A stretch of DNA of 64,000 nt from Puniceicoccaceae bacterium (GCA_040830765.1 JBFOMH010000002.1:55465-119464), one strand, 5' to 3'; counted from the stretch's first letter, positions 30,643 through 41,191 are shown. Numbers and translations are program-made. Notes: a model not told the origin generated them from the letters alone.

Positions 30643-31671
30643 TTAATGAATCAGATCCCAGACGACGCGGCAGTCGTGTATCAGCTTTTTCAGGACATCG
30701 GGAGTGACGGCCTGCTTGGGATCGTCGCCGATGCCGGAGATGGGATTGACGTGGGCCTCGATGATAAGCCCGTCGGCCCCGTAGGCGATGGCGGCGAGGG
30801 AGCAGGCGGGGACAAACTTGGCCCGGCCGACGGCGTGGGAGGGATCAGCCACGACGGGTGCCCATGACTTGTCCTTGAGCAACGGGGTGATGCTCTCGTC
30901 CGGGTGATTGCGGAAACCGTCGAGAGCGGGCATGGTCCCGCGGGGACAGAAAATGACATTGGGATTGCCGTTGGCGGCAAGGTACTCGGCGGCGGAAATA
31001 TATTCGTCAACCGGTCCCATGTGGCGACTACGCTTGAGGAGGACCGGGATTCCGGCCTCCGCGGTGCGGCGGCCAATTTCCGCCAGAAGGGTGTAATTGA
31101 GGGCGTTGCGGGTCCCGATCTGGAGGACGTCGACTTCGGCATCCAAAGCAACCGTCAACTGGGCCTCGTCCATGACCTCGGCGACCACCGGCAGACCCGT
31201 GCGGGTACGTGCCTCGAGCAGTACCTCCATGGTCTTGGCGGTTCCCTGGTAGCTGTGGGGAGAGGTTCGCGGTTTCCAGACACCCCCGCGGATACCGTGG
31301 GCGCCCGCTTCCTGGACAGCGGCAGCGGTCTCCAGGAAGGCCTGAGGATTCTTCGGATCGATGGTGCAATGACCGGCAATGAAAAGGGGTTCCTTGCCCA
31401 GCTCCACGTTTCCAATGCGGATGGAGTGTTGGGCCAGGTCGGAGCGGGCATCCATCAGCTTGTAGACCGACTCCATGCGGTCGACCCGGTCGATGTACTC
31501 CAGTCCGACGAGGCGATTGACCATGGTTTCACTCCGCTCATCCCCGATGATGGCGTAGATATTGCGGTGTGCCCCGTAGATGACCTGAATCTTACAGCCG
31601 AATTCGCCGACGATGGCCTCGACTTCGGAGAGTTGAGGATCGGTCAGGGTAGGTGCCTTGGAAATAATCAT
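30643..31671 (-). CDS. 3-deoxy-7-phosphoheptulonate (DAHP) synthase, type I-beta with N-terminal regulatory domain
   Basis: RGGVWKPRTSPHSYQG, QIGTRNALN, PVLLKR, DPSHAVG and ADGLIIEAH motifs. Confidence 0.85.
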   Translation of the reverse strand: MIISKAPTLTDPQLSEVEAIVGEFGCKIQVIYGAHRNIYAIIGDERSETMVNRLVGLEYIDRVDRMESVYKLMDARSDLAQHSIRIGNVELGKEPLFIAGHCTIDPKNPQAFLETAAAVQEAGAHGIRGGVWKPRTSPHSYQGTAKTMEVLLEARTRTGLPVVAEVMDEAQLTVALDAEVDVLQIGTRNALNYTLLAEIGRRTAEAGIPVLLKRSRHMGPVDEYISAAEYLAANGNPNVIFCPRGTMPALDGFRNHPDESITPLLKDKSWAPVVADPSHAVGRAKFVPACSLAAIAYGADGLIIEAHVNPISGIGDDPKQAVTPDVLKKLIHDCRVVWDLIH

Positions 31672-31696
31672 AAGCGGAGAGAATTAGCCAATCCGC

Positions 31697-32419
31697 CTAG
31701 TGAAGGGCAACGGCAAAAACGTCCGGAACCGGGCTTTCGGCCTGGAAATCCACCTCAGTACCGTCAATCGCCAGGTGGACCTGCGTCCTGAAACTGTGCA
31801 GGAAAAGCCGGTTCACGCCCTTGAGCTGCTTGAATTCGCGGTTGAAGGCATATTGACCATAGGTGGAATCGCCGATGATGGGCAGGTGCCGGTGGGCACA
31901 CTGGACCCTGAGCTGGTGTGTCTTGCCCGTTTTCGGATTGAGGGCGATGAGCGCCCGCGCTGGTGGGCCGGACCCGCGTTCCAGGAGGCGCATCTCACAA
32001 AAGGCATTGGCCCGGCCGAGGGTGACAACGGTGCGCAGGGAGCCACGTTGGCGGACCACCTTGAGGCAATCCCGCCAGCTGTCCTGCGGACGTGGAGGGA
32101 TGCCTTTGACCAGGGCCACGTATTCCTTGCTGACCGAGTGCCGGGAGAAGCATTCCCTGACTTTCCGGGCGACCTCAAGGGTCTCGGCCATGAGGATCAC
32201 CCCGCTGGTCGGGGCATCCAGACGATTGAGCAAGTACCATGAACGGGTCCCGTCGAAATAGCTTTCCGTCTCGTGGTCGTAATCCGCCTCCAGGAGGGTG
32301 CTTTTGCGTTCCCCGCGGATGTTGGGATGGGACATGATGCCGGCAGCCTTCTCCAGCGCCATCAGACCCGAGGGATGGGTCGTGAGCAGGCGGCAGGATT
32401 TATGTAGCGGCAAACCCAT
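31697..32419 (-). CDS. RluA-family RNA pseudouridine synthase
   Basis: NRLDAPTSG (catalytic Asp), TGKTHQLRVQ, PIIGD..YG, LFLHS. Confidence 0.9.
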   Translation of the reverse strand: MGLPLHKSCRLLTTHPSGLMALEKAAGIMSHPNIRGERKSTLLEADYDHETESYFDGTRSWYLLNRLDAPTSGVILMAETLEVARKVRECFSRHSVSKEYVALVKGIPPRPQDSWRDCLKVVRQRGSLRTVVTLGRANAFCEMRLLERGSGPPARALIALNPKTGKTHQLRVQCAHRHLPIIGDSTYGQYAFNREFKQLKGVNRLFLHSFRTQVHLAIDGTEVDFQAESPVPDVFAVALH

Positions 32420-32425
32420 GACATT

Positions 32426-33553
32426 CTAGTAATAGAAGTGAATGGCACAGGGAGCCTTCTCCCCCATCTTGACGATCATCTCGGGAGTCCATTCGAAGTA
32501 CGGCGCCTCCCCGACGATGGCATCGACGGAGATCGTATCGGCTAGCTTCCCGGCCGAAGTATGGGCCACCTTGACATCCGTCACCTGGCCATCACGGGTG
32601 ATCGAGAACTGGACCACGACGCGCCCCCCGGGCGGGATGGCCCGGGTATTGTAGACAAGGTTGCGCCAGCGGGCCTCGATGATCTCCGCGACCCGCCGCC
32701 AGTATTCGCCAAACTCCGAGTACTGGGCATCAAAGGCCAGCCGGCCAATGACAATGGCCCCCTGCCGGTTATCCTTGATGGGGCCGAAGGAAGTGTCCCG
32801 CTCGACCCGCAGGCGGGGCCGCGGAGTCGGCGTGGGCTGCTGGGCCGCCTGCGCCGGGGTGGTCATTTCCGCCTGCCCCTGGCCATCGTACTCACTGGTC
32901 ACGAGGACCTCCTCGAGGGGTTCGGTAGGCTCTTCCGGTTCCTCCTGGGCCTCGGCCGGATTCTCAATGCTGGCTATGCCCTCGTCGGTCTCCGGCGCTT
33001 GCTCAATGTAGTCCGGATCCACCTGGACCGGTTGCTCCCGGGGTGCTGCTTCCTGCTGCACAACGGGACTGGCGGCCGAAGTCGGGCTGGCGGCTGGCGG
33101 CGAAGGGGGTGTCGGCTCCTGGTTGGGATTGCCCTGGATCAAGCGGTTGGATTCCTCTTCATCCCCCTCGACATAGGGCGTGTTGTCGGGGCTGAGGGCG
33201 GCGATGGCCTCCTCCTGGGCGGCGACCTGGTTGCGGTCGGAAATATTGAGGGTCTCCTCGGGCACCTGCTCCTGGACATTGGGAGCGGCCCGGACATAGG
33301 TCTCCTCCATCTCGGGCTGTTCGGGAATGGCCTCAAGCATGATTTCCATTGATTGCGGGATCAGGACCTGTTTTTCCGGCTCCTCGAACAATTCCCGCGG
33401 TGTGGCCCAGAAGAGGAGAAGGTGCAGGAAAAAAGCCAGCAGGATGGCGGCGAACAAACCTTCGCGGTTGCGCCGTTCCTCATCTTCCCGGGGATTCCGC
33501 TGGCGGGTCCTCCGGTCTGGTTTCTCAACTGTCGACCTGTAATCGTACATCAT
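32426..33553 (-). CDS. TonB/TolA-like protein (TM anchor, Pro/Glu-rich linker, TonB C-terminal-like domain)
   Basis: TM segment with LAFFLHLLL (S/H-motif-like); long PE/PQ-rich linker; C-terminal GRVVVQFSITRDGQVTDVKV. ATGA overlap with the maf stop. Confidence 0.7.
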   Translation of the reverse strand: MMYDYRSTVEKPDRRTRQRNPREDEERRNREGLFAAILLAFFLHLLLFWATPRELFEEPEKQVLIPQSMEIMLEAIPEQPEMEETYVRAAPNVQEQVPEETLNISDRNQVAAQEEAIAALSPDNTPYVEGDEEESNRLIQGNPNQEPTPPSPPAASPTSAASPVVQQEAAPREQPVQVDPDYIEQAPETDEGIASIENPAEAQEEPEEPTEPLEEVLVTSEYDGQGQAEMTTPAQAAQQPTPTPRPRLRVERDTSFGPIKDNRQGAIVIGRLAFDAQYSEFGEYWRRVAEIIEARWRNLVYNTRAIPPGGRVVVQFSITRDGQVTDVKVAHTSAGKLADTISVDAIVGEAPYFEWTPEMIVKMGEKAPCAIHFYY

Positions 33554-34143
33554 GCCTTCATCGATGGCAGGGCCACCCAATCCAGTTGGACCAACTCGGT
33601 TTGCAAACGTTGAACCGGGAGGCCCATTATATTTTCAAAGGAGCCACTGAAGCCCTCGATAATGAGGTCCCCGTGTTCCTGGATGGCATAAGCCCCCGCC
33701 TTGTCGTAGACGTGCACCTTGCCAAGGTACTGGTCAATCAAAGCGCGGGTGAGTTCCCGGAAAGTGACTTCGCTGGTTGCGTGGAAACAATGTTCCCTGC
33801 CTTCAAGCAGCAGGGCCATTCCCGTGACGACCTGATGCTGCCGGCCACTGAGGGTGGACAGCATGGCCACGGCATCCTCCCGGTTACGGGGCTTGGCAAA
33901 GAGACGCTGGCCGAGGGCAACCGTGGTATCGGCGGCAATGACAAGCGCCTCCGGACGTTCAGTGGCAACCGCCCTGCCCTTGTGGAGGGCATTGTGCTCC
34001 ACCTGGTGGACCGGATCGGCAGTATCCGGTTCCCATTCCGGAATATCCGGGGAAATAACCTCGAAGTCCGGCTGGATGCGGGCCAGCAACTCGCGGCGCC
34101 GCGGCGAAGCGGAGGCCAGAATCCACTGGATTCCGTCGCTCAT
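33550..34143 (-). CDS. maf: Maf family nucleotide pyrophosphatase
   Basis: ILASASPRRRELL, IAADTTV, DKAGAYAIQ, NIMGLP. Confidence 0.93.
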   Translation of the reverse strand: MSDGIQWILASASPRRRELLARIQPDFEVISPDIPEWEPDTADPVHQVEHNALHKGRAVATERPEALVIAADTTVALGQRLFAKPRNREDAVAMLSTLSGRQHQVVTGMALLLEGREHCFHATSEVTFRELTRALIDQYLGKVHVYDKAGAYAIQEHGDLIIEGFSGSFENIMGLPVQRLQTELVQLDWVALPSMKA

Positions 34144-35078
34144 AAGGTGCGGAGGGCGGGAATGGTCCGGACAAGGTAGTCCCGGCTCGCGATAATCTCC
34201 TCGGTCGTCAGGCGCGGGCTCATTTCCATGACGACGACATCGTCCTCGCGGACATTGTCGGCAATGATGGACCAGTCGATGACGCCGGTTCCCGGCACCT
34301 GGTGATCGTGGTTGGCCGCACTGACATCATGGAGGTGAAAGCCGACCAGGTGCGGACGGAGGGATTCGAGGTGCTCCCGATGATCAATCAGGCCCATACG
34401 GACCTTCAACTCGGCGTGCCCGGAATCGTGCCAGTAGCCAAAAACCTCGTGCTCCTTGAGCGATTCCTGCAGGGCCAGCATGTCGGCATCAAGGGGCAGC
34501 TCGCTGAAGGCCTCGCGGTTTTCCACCCCGAAGACAATGCCCAGTTCCCGGGCCCGGGCGGCGACCAGCCCATAGCTCTCCTTGAGGCGCTTCATGAAGC
34601 CTTTTTTCTTCCGGTTCAGTCGCCGCAGACCTTTCTCACGGGCCTGCTTGAGGGCGTCCGTGTCCTCGCCATCCGCTTCGTCGAAGGCCTTGTCAACAGC
34701 CGGCCCGGGGTTTCCCCAGACCAGACGGACCTTTCCGGAATGCAGGACAACGCGCTGGCAATCAACCCGTGCGGCAAAATCGAGTGTCTTGAGGGTATTG
34801 TGCAGCCAGAGGACGCGTTCCCGCCGACTGACCGCTGATGGCTCATAGAGATTGGGAGCCGCCCCCATTACCCCAACCGGCAAGGGGCAAAAATTGTGTA
34901 CCGAGGCCACCTTGACAATACCCTGTTCAAGGCCCTCCAGGATGCCGGGGACAAGACTCAACCGTGTCCCGTGCGACAACTCGACATGGGAAAAGCCCAA
35001 ATCGGCCAATTCGCGCAACATGGCCTTTCCGTCGTCGTGACGGTGCGAGTTCCAGCAACTGGAGATGGCAAACTTCAT
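34140..35078 (-). CDS. Sugar-phosphate isomerase/epimerase (AP endonuclease 2 TIM-barrel) family
   Basis: VELSH, SVHNF, GVENRE, WHDSGH, FHLHD and DHQVPGTG metal-binding motifs. Confidence 0.8.
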   Translation of the reverse strand: MKFAISSCWNSHRHDDGKAMLRELADLGFSHVELSHGTRLSLVPGILEGLEQGIVKVASVHNFCPLPVGVMGAAPNLYEPSAVSRRERVLWLHNTLKTLDFAARVDCQRVVLHSGKVRLVWGNPGPAVDKAFDEADGEDTDALKQAREKGLRRLNRKKKGFMKRLKESYGLVAARARELGIVFGVENREAFSELPLDADMLALQESLKEHEVFGYWHDSGHAELKVRMGLIDHREHLESLRPHLVGFHLHDVSAANHDHQVPGTGVIDWSIIADNVREDDVVVMEMSPRLTTEEIIASRDYLVRTIPALRTL

Positions 35079-35143
35079 ACGGGCAAAGAGCTAAAGAGAA
35101 ACCGCAATCAGCCCCGAAGCGCAACCCCGACCTGAAAAATAGC

Positions 35144-35174
35144 AAAAAAAATCCCTGCCGTTACCGGGCAGGGA
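35144..35174 (-). terminator. Rho-independent terminator of rpsU
   Basis: Minus strand TCCCTGCC-loop-GGCAGGGA followed by T8. Confidence 0.75.
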
Positions 35175-35202
35175 CGAAAGACATTGGCCTTTGGGAACCG
35201 GA

Positions 35203-35403
35203 TTACTGGTTCTCGTAGCGGGCCCGTAACATGGCGGAGAAGGCAGCAACCTTCTTCTTGCGGCGACGGACTTCGCACGGCTTTTCGAAATAGCGCTTGG
35301 CGCGGACATCACGGATGACGCCTTCACGGTCGAGGCGCTTCTTGAGCCGGCGCAGGGCGCGCTCAATCGGCTCTCCTTTACGAATCTTAACTTCTACGGA
35401 CAT
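35203..35403 (-). CDS. rpsU: 30S ribosomal protein bS21
   Basis: VKIRKGEPIERALRRLKK...RYFEKP. Confidence 0.93.
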   Translation of the reverse strand: MSVEVKIRKGEPIERALRRLKKRLDREGVIRDVRAKRYFEKPCEVRRRKKKVAAFSAMLRARYENQ

Positions 35404-35467
35404 GATTTATATTGAAATTGAGGAAAAGGGGACGAGCAAAACAGGCCAGAACGGCGCGTCAACAACA

Positions 35468-35565
35468 AATCTTAATCTCAATCTTGCTCTTAATCTTAAT
35501 CTCCAGGCCGGCTGGGGGCTTGGGACGGGAAGATTAAGATTAAGATTAAGGCTAAGATTAAGATT
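35468..35565. repeat. Hexamer inverted-repeat element, copy 5 (overlaps the clpB stop)
   Basis: AATCTT AATCTC AATCTT GCTCTT AATCTT AATCTC / 26-nt G-rich spacer / AAGATT x3 AAGGCT AAGATT AAGATT. Confidence 0.93.
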
Positions 35566-38173
35566 GGGATGAAGTGATCGTCCAGGCCGGGTGGCCGCCC
35601 TCGTCGAGGGAGAAGGTCACAGTGGAATCCTCCGCGATTTCGCCGCTGATGATGCCCCGGGCGAGCGCATTCTCGATCTCCTTCTGGATCAGGCGTTTCA
35701 GCGGACGGGCCCCATAGACAGGGTCATAGCCCTTTTCGGCAAACCAGTCCATGGCCGCTTCATCAAGACTGATGCTGACTTTGCGCTCCCGGAGCCGCTT
35801 GTTGAGGTCCTGCAGGAGAAGCCCGATGATGAGGCGGATGTTCTCGAGGGTCAGCGGCTTGAAGAGGATAGTATCATCCAGCCGGTTGAGGAATTCCGGA
35901 CGGAAAGCATGGCGCAGCTCGGTAAAGACCGATTCGCGGACGCTTTCGGGAATCTCGTCCCCGCTGACCCCCTCGGTCAGGTAGCGACTGCCGATATTGG
36001 AGGTCAGGATGATGATCGTGTTCTTGAAGTCGACTGTATGTCCCTGGCTGTCGGTAATGCGGCCATCATCCATGATCTGGAGGAGAACGTTAAAGACATC
36101 CGGGTGCGCCTTCTCGATTTCGTCAAAAAGGATGACGGAATAGGGCTTGCGGCGGACAGCCTCGGTCAACTGGCCCCCCTCGTCGTAACCGACATAGCCC
36201 GGGGGCGCCCCGACAAGGCGGGAAACCGAGTGCTTTTCCATGTATTCGGACATGTCCAGCCGGACCATGTTGTCCTCACTGTCGAACAGGGCCTCCGCGA
36301 GGGTACGGGCCAGCTCGGTCTTGCCGACGCCCGTGGGGCCAAGGAAGAGAAAGCTGCCGATGGGGCGGCGCGGATCCTTGATCCCGGCACGCGAGCGGAG
36401 AATGGCCTCGCTGACGACTCGGACGCCTTCCTCCTGCCCGACCACCCGCTGATGCAGGATGTCTTCCATCTTGAGGAGCTTTTCCTTCTCCCCCTCAAGG
36501 AGGCGGGAGACCGGGATGCCGGTCCAGCGGCTGACAATGTCGGCGATTTCCTCGTCCGTGACCTCCTCCTTGAAGAGGTGGCTCTGCTTTTCACGGGCCG
36601 CAGCTTCGGCTTCCTTGAGCTTCTGCTCCAGATCGGGCAAGGTCCCGTGGCGCAACTGGGCGGCCCGGTTGAGATCATAGACCCGTTCCGCGGCATCCAT
36701 CTCAGTGCGGACCTGCTCGATCTCCTCCCGGATGCGGCGGGTCGACTCGATGGTCGACTTCTCGCTTTCCCACTGGGCCCGCAAGGCGGAATGTCCCTCG
36801 CGGGCATTGGCCAGTTCCTCGCGCAGCTCCTCAAGGCGCTCACGGGAGGGCTGGTCCTTTTCCTTCTTCAGGGCCGCCTCCTCGATCTCCAGCTGCATGA
36901 CGCGACGGGACAGGGCATCCAGCTCCTGCGGGAGGGAGTCCATTTCGGTACGGACCATGGCAGCCGCCTCGTCGACGAGGTCGATTGCCTTGTCGGGCAG
37001 GAATCGATCGGTGATGTAGCGATGCGAGAGGGTGGCCGCATTGACGAGCGCGTTGTCGGTAATGCGGACCCCATGGTGGACTTCAAAGCGCTCCCGCAAG
37101 CCACGCAGGATGGAAATGCTGTCCTCGACCGTCGGCTGCTCGACGAGGACCGGCTGGAAGCGGCGCTCCAGGGCGGCATCCTTCTCGATGTGCTTGCGGT
37201 ATTCATCAAGTGTCGTGGCCCCGATACAGTGTAGCTCACCCCGGGCCAGCATCGGCTTCAAAAGGTTGCCGGCGTCCATTGCACCTTCGGCCTTTCCGGC
37301 CCCGACAATGGTGTGCAGCTCATCGATAAAGAGCAGGATCCGCCCTTCCGCGGCCTTGATTTCCTGCAGGACTGCCTTGAGGCGTTCCTCAAATTCCCCG
37401 CGGTACTTGGCCCCGGCGAGCAAGGCCCCCATGTCGAGCGCGAAGACCGTCTTGTCCTTCAGCCCTTCCGGGACGTCGCCCTTGAGGATCCGCTGGGCCA
37501 GGCCCTCGACAATGGCCGTCTTGCCCACACCCGGGTCCCCGATGAGGACAGGATTGTTCTTGGTCTTCCGGGAAAGTATCCGCACCACCCGGCGGATCTC
37601 GTCGTCCCGGCCAATGACCGGGTCCAGTTTGCCCATCCGGGCCGTCTCCACGAGGTCGATGCCGTACTTTTCCAGCACCTCGTAGGTCCCCTCGGGATTC
37701 TGGTTGGTCACCCGCTGGGTTCCCCGCAGTGACCGGATTGCCTCACGGACGCGCGATTCGGTCAGTTCAAAGGTCTCGAAAAACGTTTTCTGGCCGGTCT
37801 TGGCAGCCTGCCGGACAAGTCCCAGGAACAGGTGCTCGACGGAGACAAATTCATCCTTCATCTGGCTGGCCAGTTGCTCGGCATCGCTGAAGACACTGCC
37901 CAGCCCCTCCGTTATGTAGACGGTTCCTGCGGCCGTGGACCCGCTGACCGCGGGCAGCTTCTCCAGCTCCCGGTTCAGGGCCAGTTCCACCGCCGAGACG
38001 GTAATGTCGAGCCGCTTCAGAAGGGCCGGGACAATCCCGTCAGCCTGCAGCAGCATTCCGGCCAGCAAGTGCCAGCCGTCCACCTGCTGGTGTCCCAGCC
38101 GGCGGGCTTCTGTCTGCGCACTGGCCACTGCTTCCCGGGCCCGTTCTGTGTATTTGTTGGCGTCAAAAGTCAT
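35558..38173 (-). CDS. clpB: ATP-dependent chaperone ClpB
   Basis: [34 protein letters not shown], coiled-coil M-domain, [32 protein letters not shown]. Confidence 0.97.
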   Translation of the reverse strand: MTFDANKYTERAREAVASAQTEARRLGHQQVDGWHLLAGMLLQADGIVPALLKRLDITVSAVELALNRELEKLPAVSGSTAAGTVYITEGLGSVFSDAEQLASQMKDEFVSVEHLFLGLVRQAAKTGQKTFFETFELTESRVREAIRSLRGTQRVTNQNPEGTYEVLEKYGIDLVETARMGKLDPVIGRDDEIRRVVRILSRKTKNNPVLIGDPGVGKTAIVEGLAQRILKGDVPEGLKDKTVFALDMGALLAGAKYRGEFEERLKAVLQEIKAAEGRILLFIDELHTIVGAGKAEGAMDAGNLLKPMLARGELHCIGATTLDEYRKHIEKDAALERRFQPVLVEQPTVEDSISILRGLRERFEVHHGVRITDNALVNAATLSHRYITDRFLPDKAIDLVDEAAAMVRTEMDSLPQELDALSRRVMQLEIEEAALKKEKDQPSRERLEELREELANAREGHSALRAQWESEKSTIESTRRIREEIEQVRTEMDAAERVYDLNRAAQLRHGTLPDLEQKLKEAEAAAREKQSHLFKEEVTDEEIADIVSRWTGIPVSRLLEGEKEKLLKMEDILHQRVVGQEEGVRVVSEAILRSRAGIKDPRRPIGSFLFLGPTGVGKTELARTLAEALFDSEDNMVRLDMSEYMEKHSVSRLVGAPPGYVGYDEGGQLTEAVRRKPYSVILFDEIEKAHPDVFNVLLQIMDDGRITDSQGHTVDFKNTIIILTSNIGSRYLTEGVSGDEIPESVRESVFTELRHAFRPEFLNRLDDTILFKPLTLENIRLIIGLLLQDLNKRLRERKVSISLDEAAMDWFAEKGYDPVYGARPLKRLIQKEIENALARGIISGEIAEDSTVTFSLDEGGHPAWTITSSQS

Positions 38174-38185
38174 GCCTCCGTTAAC

Positions 38186-38200
38186 GCACAAATTGTACCA
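38186..38200 (-). promoter_or_regulatory. Candidate sigma-54 (-24/-12) promoter of clpB
   Basis: Minus strand TGGTACAATTTGTGC has GG and GC at the canonical GG-N10-GC spacing, 12 nt upstream of the ATG. Confidence 0.45.
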
Positions 38201-38316
38201 GCCTCAATTATTCATTAAAGCATTGATATAAAACAGCTTACAGAATAATCTCATTTCCCGGATGAGACAGTATTACCCACCCCGGGAAAGCGCCTTTTCA
38301 GCAAAGCGCCATTTTG

Positions 38317-39945
38317 TCACTCACCGGAGGGGACCAGCCGGACTGCCTTATAGGGCTGATCCATGAGGGGTTTCGGTGCCCAGCCCTGCACATCCGGGTG
38401 CATGAGGTACATGTTGCGGGACCAAGTAATGGGAAGAATGGGCAAAGCCTCCATGAGGATGGCCTCGGCCCTGGCAAGGAGGGCATAGCGGGCGGCGAGG
38501 TCGGTCTGCTGGTTGGCTTCGAGGACGAGGCGGTCAAACTCGGCATTGCTGAAGCCGGTCCGGTTGTTGCCATCGCCGGTGCGCATAATCTTGAGGAAGG
38601 TGGCCGGGTCGAGGTAGTCGCCGATCCAGGAGAGGAGGAAGATATCGAAATTGCCGCTGTCCATCTCGCTGATGAGGACCTGCCACTCCTTGTTAAGGAT
38701 GGTGATGTCAATATTGAGTTCCGTGCGCCACATTTCCTGGACGACCTCGGCAAAAATCCGGGTGGTATCGTTGTTGACGATAATGAACTCAAGGTTGGGG
38801 AAGCCGGCACCATCGGGATAACCCGCCTCGGCCAACAACTGGCGGGCCCGATCCGGATCATAACCGACCGGCTTCCCGGAGGGGTAACCATCAATAAAGG
38901 GGGGAACGAATCCACCGGCCGGCTGGCCGTTCTTGGTCACCTTGTCGATGATGGCCTGGCGATCGAGGGCAAGGTAAAGGGCACGGCGGACCTTGGGGTC
39001 GGAAATGGCCTCGTTGAGGGTGTTGATGCCCATGTACCCGGTGGCGAAAAGCGGATCCTCGCGGAGGGTCGGGTTGTTTTCCTGACGATACTTGTCCCGT
39101 AGGTTGTAGGGAATGCCATTGGTGGCATGCAGCTGGCCGGTGAGGAACATGCGGTTCTCCGTCTGGCGGTCCTGGACAGGGAAGAAATGGATGGCGTTGA
39201 GGGTTACCGAATCAGCGTCCCAGTGATTGGGATTCTTTTCGACGATGATGCGCTGGTTGGGCTTCCACTCCTTGAGGAGGAAAGGTCCATTGCCGACAAA
39301 GTTCTCCGGCCGGGTCCAGCCACTGTCCCGGCTGGCAAAGGCATCGAAGGCCTCGATGGTTCCCCGGTGAATGGGATACCAGGTGTAATGGGGCAGCATG
39401 AGGGGAAAATACGGCGTCGGGCCATCGAGAATGACCTGCAGGGTCGAGGCATCAATGACCCGGATACCGACCTCGGAAAAGTCGCTGATCTCCCCACGGT
39501 TATAGGCAGCGGCGTTTTTGACCCGGAAGAGCATGCTCGAATACGGTGCCCCGAATTCCGGGTTAAGGATGCGCCGGTAGGCGTAGGCAAAGTCGTCAGC
39601 GGTCACCCGGTCGCCATTGCTCCAGTAGGCTTCGCGCAGGTAGAAGGTCCAGACACTCTTGTCGTCATTGGATTCCCACGACTTGGCCATGCCGGGAGCC
39701 ACCTTGTTGCTGGTCTCGGGGTGCTCCGTGACCAGGCCCTCGACGAGCGACTTGATAACCCTGTTTTCCGGCATCCCGGTGACGATATGGTGATCGAGGT
39801 CGCGCGGCTCGGCGCCGTTGTTGTAGAGGAAGACCCCGTTGCGGGTGGCCTCCGCCACGGCAGATTCCGATTTGCCGCAGCCGGCAAGCAATGTCAGGAG
39901 GGCGGCCGCGGCCACTGTCAGAAAGATGAAGGGTTTATTAGTCAT
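38317..39945 (-). CDS. Oligopeptide ABC transporter substrate-binding lipoprotein (OppA family)
   Basis: Lipobox LLAG-C; NGAEPRDLD, WSNGDRVTADDF, VGNGPF.L and WIGDYLDP motifs. Confidence 0.9.
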   Translation of the reverse strand: MTNKPFIFLTVAAAALLTLLAGCGKSESAVAEATRNGVFLYNNGAEPRDLDHHIVTGMPENRVIKSLVEGLVTEHPETSNKVAPGMAKSWESNDDKSVWTFYLREAYWSNGDRVTADDFAYAYRRILNPEFGAPYSSMLFRVKNAAAYNRGEISDFSEVGIRVIDASTLQVILDGPTPYFPLMLPHYTWYPIHRGTIEAFDAFASRDSGWTRPENFVGNGPFLLKEWKPNQRIIVEKNPNHWDADSVTLNAIHFFPVQDRQTENRMFLTGQLHATNGIPYNLRDKYRQENNPTLREDPLFATGYMGINTLNEAISDPKVRRALYLALDRQAIIDKVTKNGQPAGGFVPPFIDGYPSGKPVGYDPDRARQLLAEAGYPDGAGFPNLEFIIVNNDTTRIFAEVVQEMWRTELNIDITILNKEWQVLISEMDSGNFDIFLLSWIGDYLDPATFLKIMRTGDGNNRTGFSNAEFDRLVLEANQQTDLAARYALLARAEAILMEALPILPITWSRNMYLMHPDVQGWAPKPLMDQPYKAVRLVPSGE

Positions 39946-40717
39946 AAATTGTCAGGTTGTTCTTCCGGATCACGCTTTTCACCTTCTCGACATAGAGCCA
40001 CTGTTCCTGGGAATATCGGTAAAGGCCATCCGCCAGCTCAAGACCGGTCGGTGAACGGCCCTCAAGGCGGCTTTGCTCGCGGCGGAAACGCAGCGATGCA
40101 TAAGCGGAATTGGAATTGAGGTTATTGATGTAGGCGAGAAAGGACTCCCGCGGGGAATAGTAACTGGCGACTTCATAGGTCGCCCCGGCCGGGCGTTTGC
40201 GGGGAACAATGCCGCATCCGGGCTCGTAACACCACATCCCGAAAAGGTTGTTGCCCTGCTGGGCGAAGCGACTGGTCCCCCACCCGCTTTCCAAGGCAGC
40301 CTGAGCCAGAGCCAACGACGCCGGAATGATATCGAGGCGGCGTTCCAGTTCCTCCAGCTGCTCCGGGGCCGGCTGCTCAAACCGCTCAAACTCGAGTCCG
40401 ACAGCATCCCCGGTAACCTGGAGCCAGTAGAGGTGGCGACGATTGAGAGGGCCGAGACGGGCCTGACGCTCAATCGCCAGCAACTGCCGGCGCAGGGCCA
40501 GCACGTTGGCGTTGCTCTCTTCAATGTAGGGATGCAGGAAAGCAAAAAAGGCTGCCTTGCGCTCCTCCCCGGCATGGATTTCAGAAAAGTCCGGCAAGGA
40601 CCGATGGAAGAGCGGACCTGGCCGCAAAGCTGCCAGGATAAATAAAAGCAATATCGCTGCCAGGGCGGATGCCACGAGGACCAGCCGCCGAGCCTGTTGT
40701 CCGCTCAGACCTGCCAT
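39938..40717 (-). CDS. Glucosaminidase-domain (Bax-like, GH73) protein
   Basis: LAQAALESGWGTSRFAQQGNNLFG, YINNLNS; N-terminal TM. Start uncertain. Confidence 0.85.
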   Translation of the reverse strand: MAGLSGQQARRLVLVASALAAILLLFILAALRPGPLFHRSLPDFSEIHAGEERKAAFFAFLHPYIEESNANVLALRRQLLAIERQARLGPLNRRHLYWLQVTGDAVGLEFERFEQPAPEQLEELERRLDIIPASLALAQAALESGWGTSRFAQQGNNLFGMWCYEPGCGIVPRKRPAGATYEVASYYSPRESFLAYINNLNSNSAYASLRFRREQSRLEGRSPTGLELADGLYRYSQEQWLYVEKVKSVIRKNNLTIYD

Positions 40718-40739
40718 GGTACGCTGCCGGAGAAGCAAC

Positions 40740-41126
40740 CTAATCCACCTTCTTCAGATGGAGAATCAGCTCCTCACTCATCCAGTACTCAATGAAGCGA
40801 GCTTCTGTAAGCACCCAGTCCGTCCACTCGTTGGCCTGCTTTCCCTGGTCGGCCGGGGAGACCAGCTCAAAGGTGCCGTGATGCCACTTGCGGTAGCCGG
40901 CACCCTTCTCGTTGGAGATTTTCACCCGTAGCTCGCGCTCCCGGTAAGCCGGATTGAGCAGGATCCAAACCTCCCCGTTTTCCTCCACCTTCACCCCCCG
41001 GATGACATCACTGTTGATAGTCAGGGCCTCATAGGGACCGAAGCGGACTTCAGCCTGCAGGATGGATGGCAAGAGAATGGAGACGACGAGAAAAAGAAGC
41101 GGTAATTTGCGATTCGATAATTTCAC
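40740..41126 (-). CDS. Hypothetical secreted protein
   Basis: Signal peptide (…SILQA-E); tightly packed with the downstream gene; GTG start. Confidence 0.6.
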   Translation of the reverse strand: MKLSNRKLPLLFLVVSILLPSILQAEVRFGPYEALTINSDVIRGVKVEENGEVWILLNPAYRERELRVKISNEKGAGYRKWHHGTFELVSPADQGKQANEWTDWVLTEARFIEYWMSEELILHLKKVD

Positions 41127-41191
41127 GCATCAACCGTAGGTGCAGGACCTTCCGTTGTCAAAGCCGCTTGCACGGTTCCGGCAACTAATTC

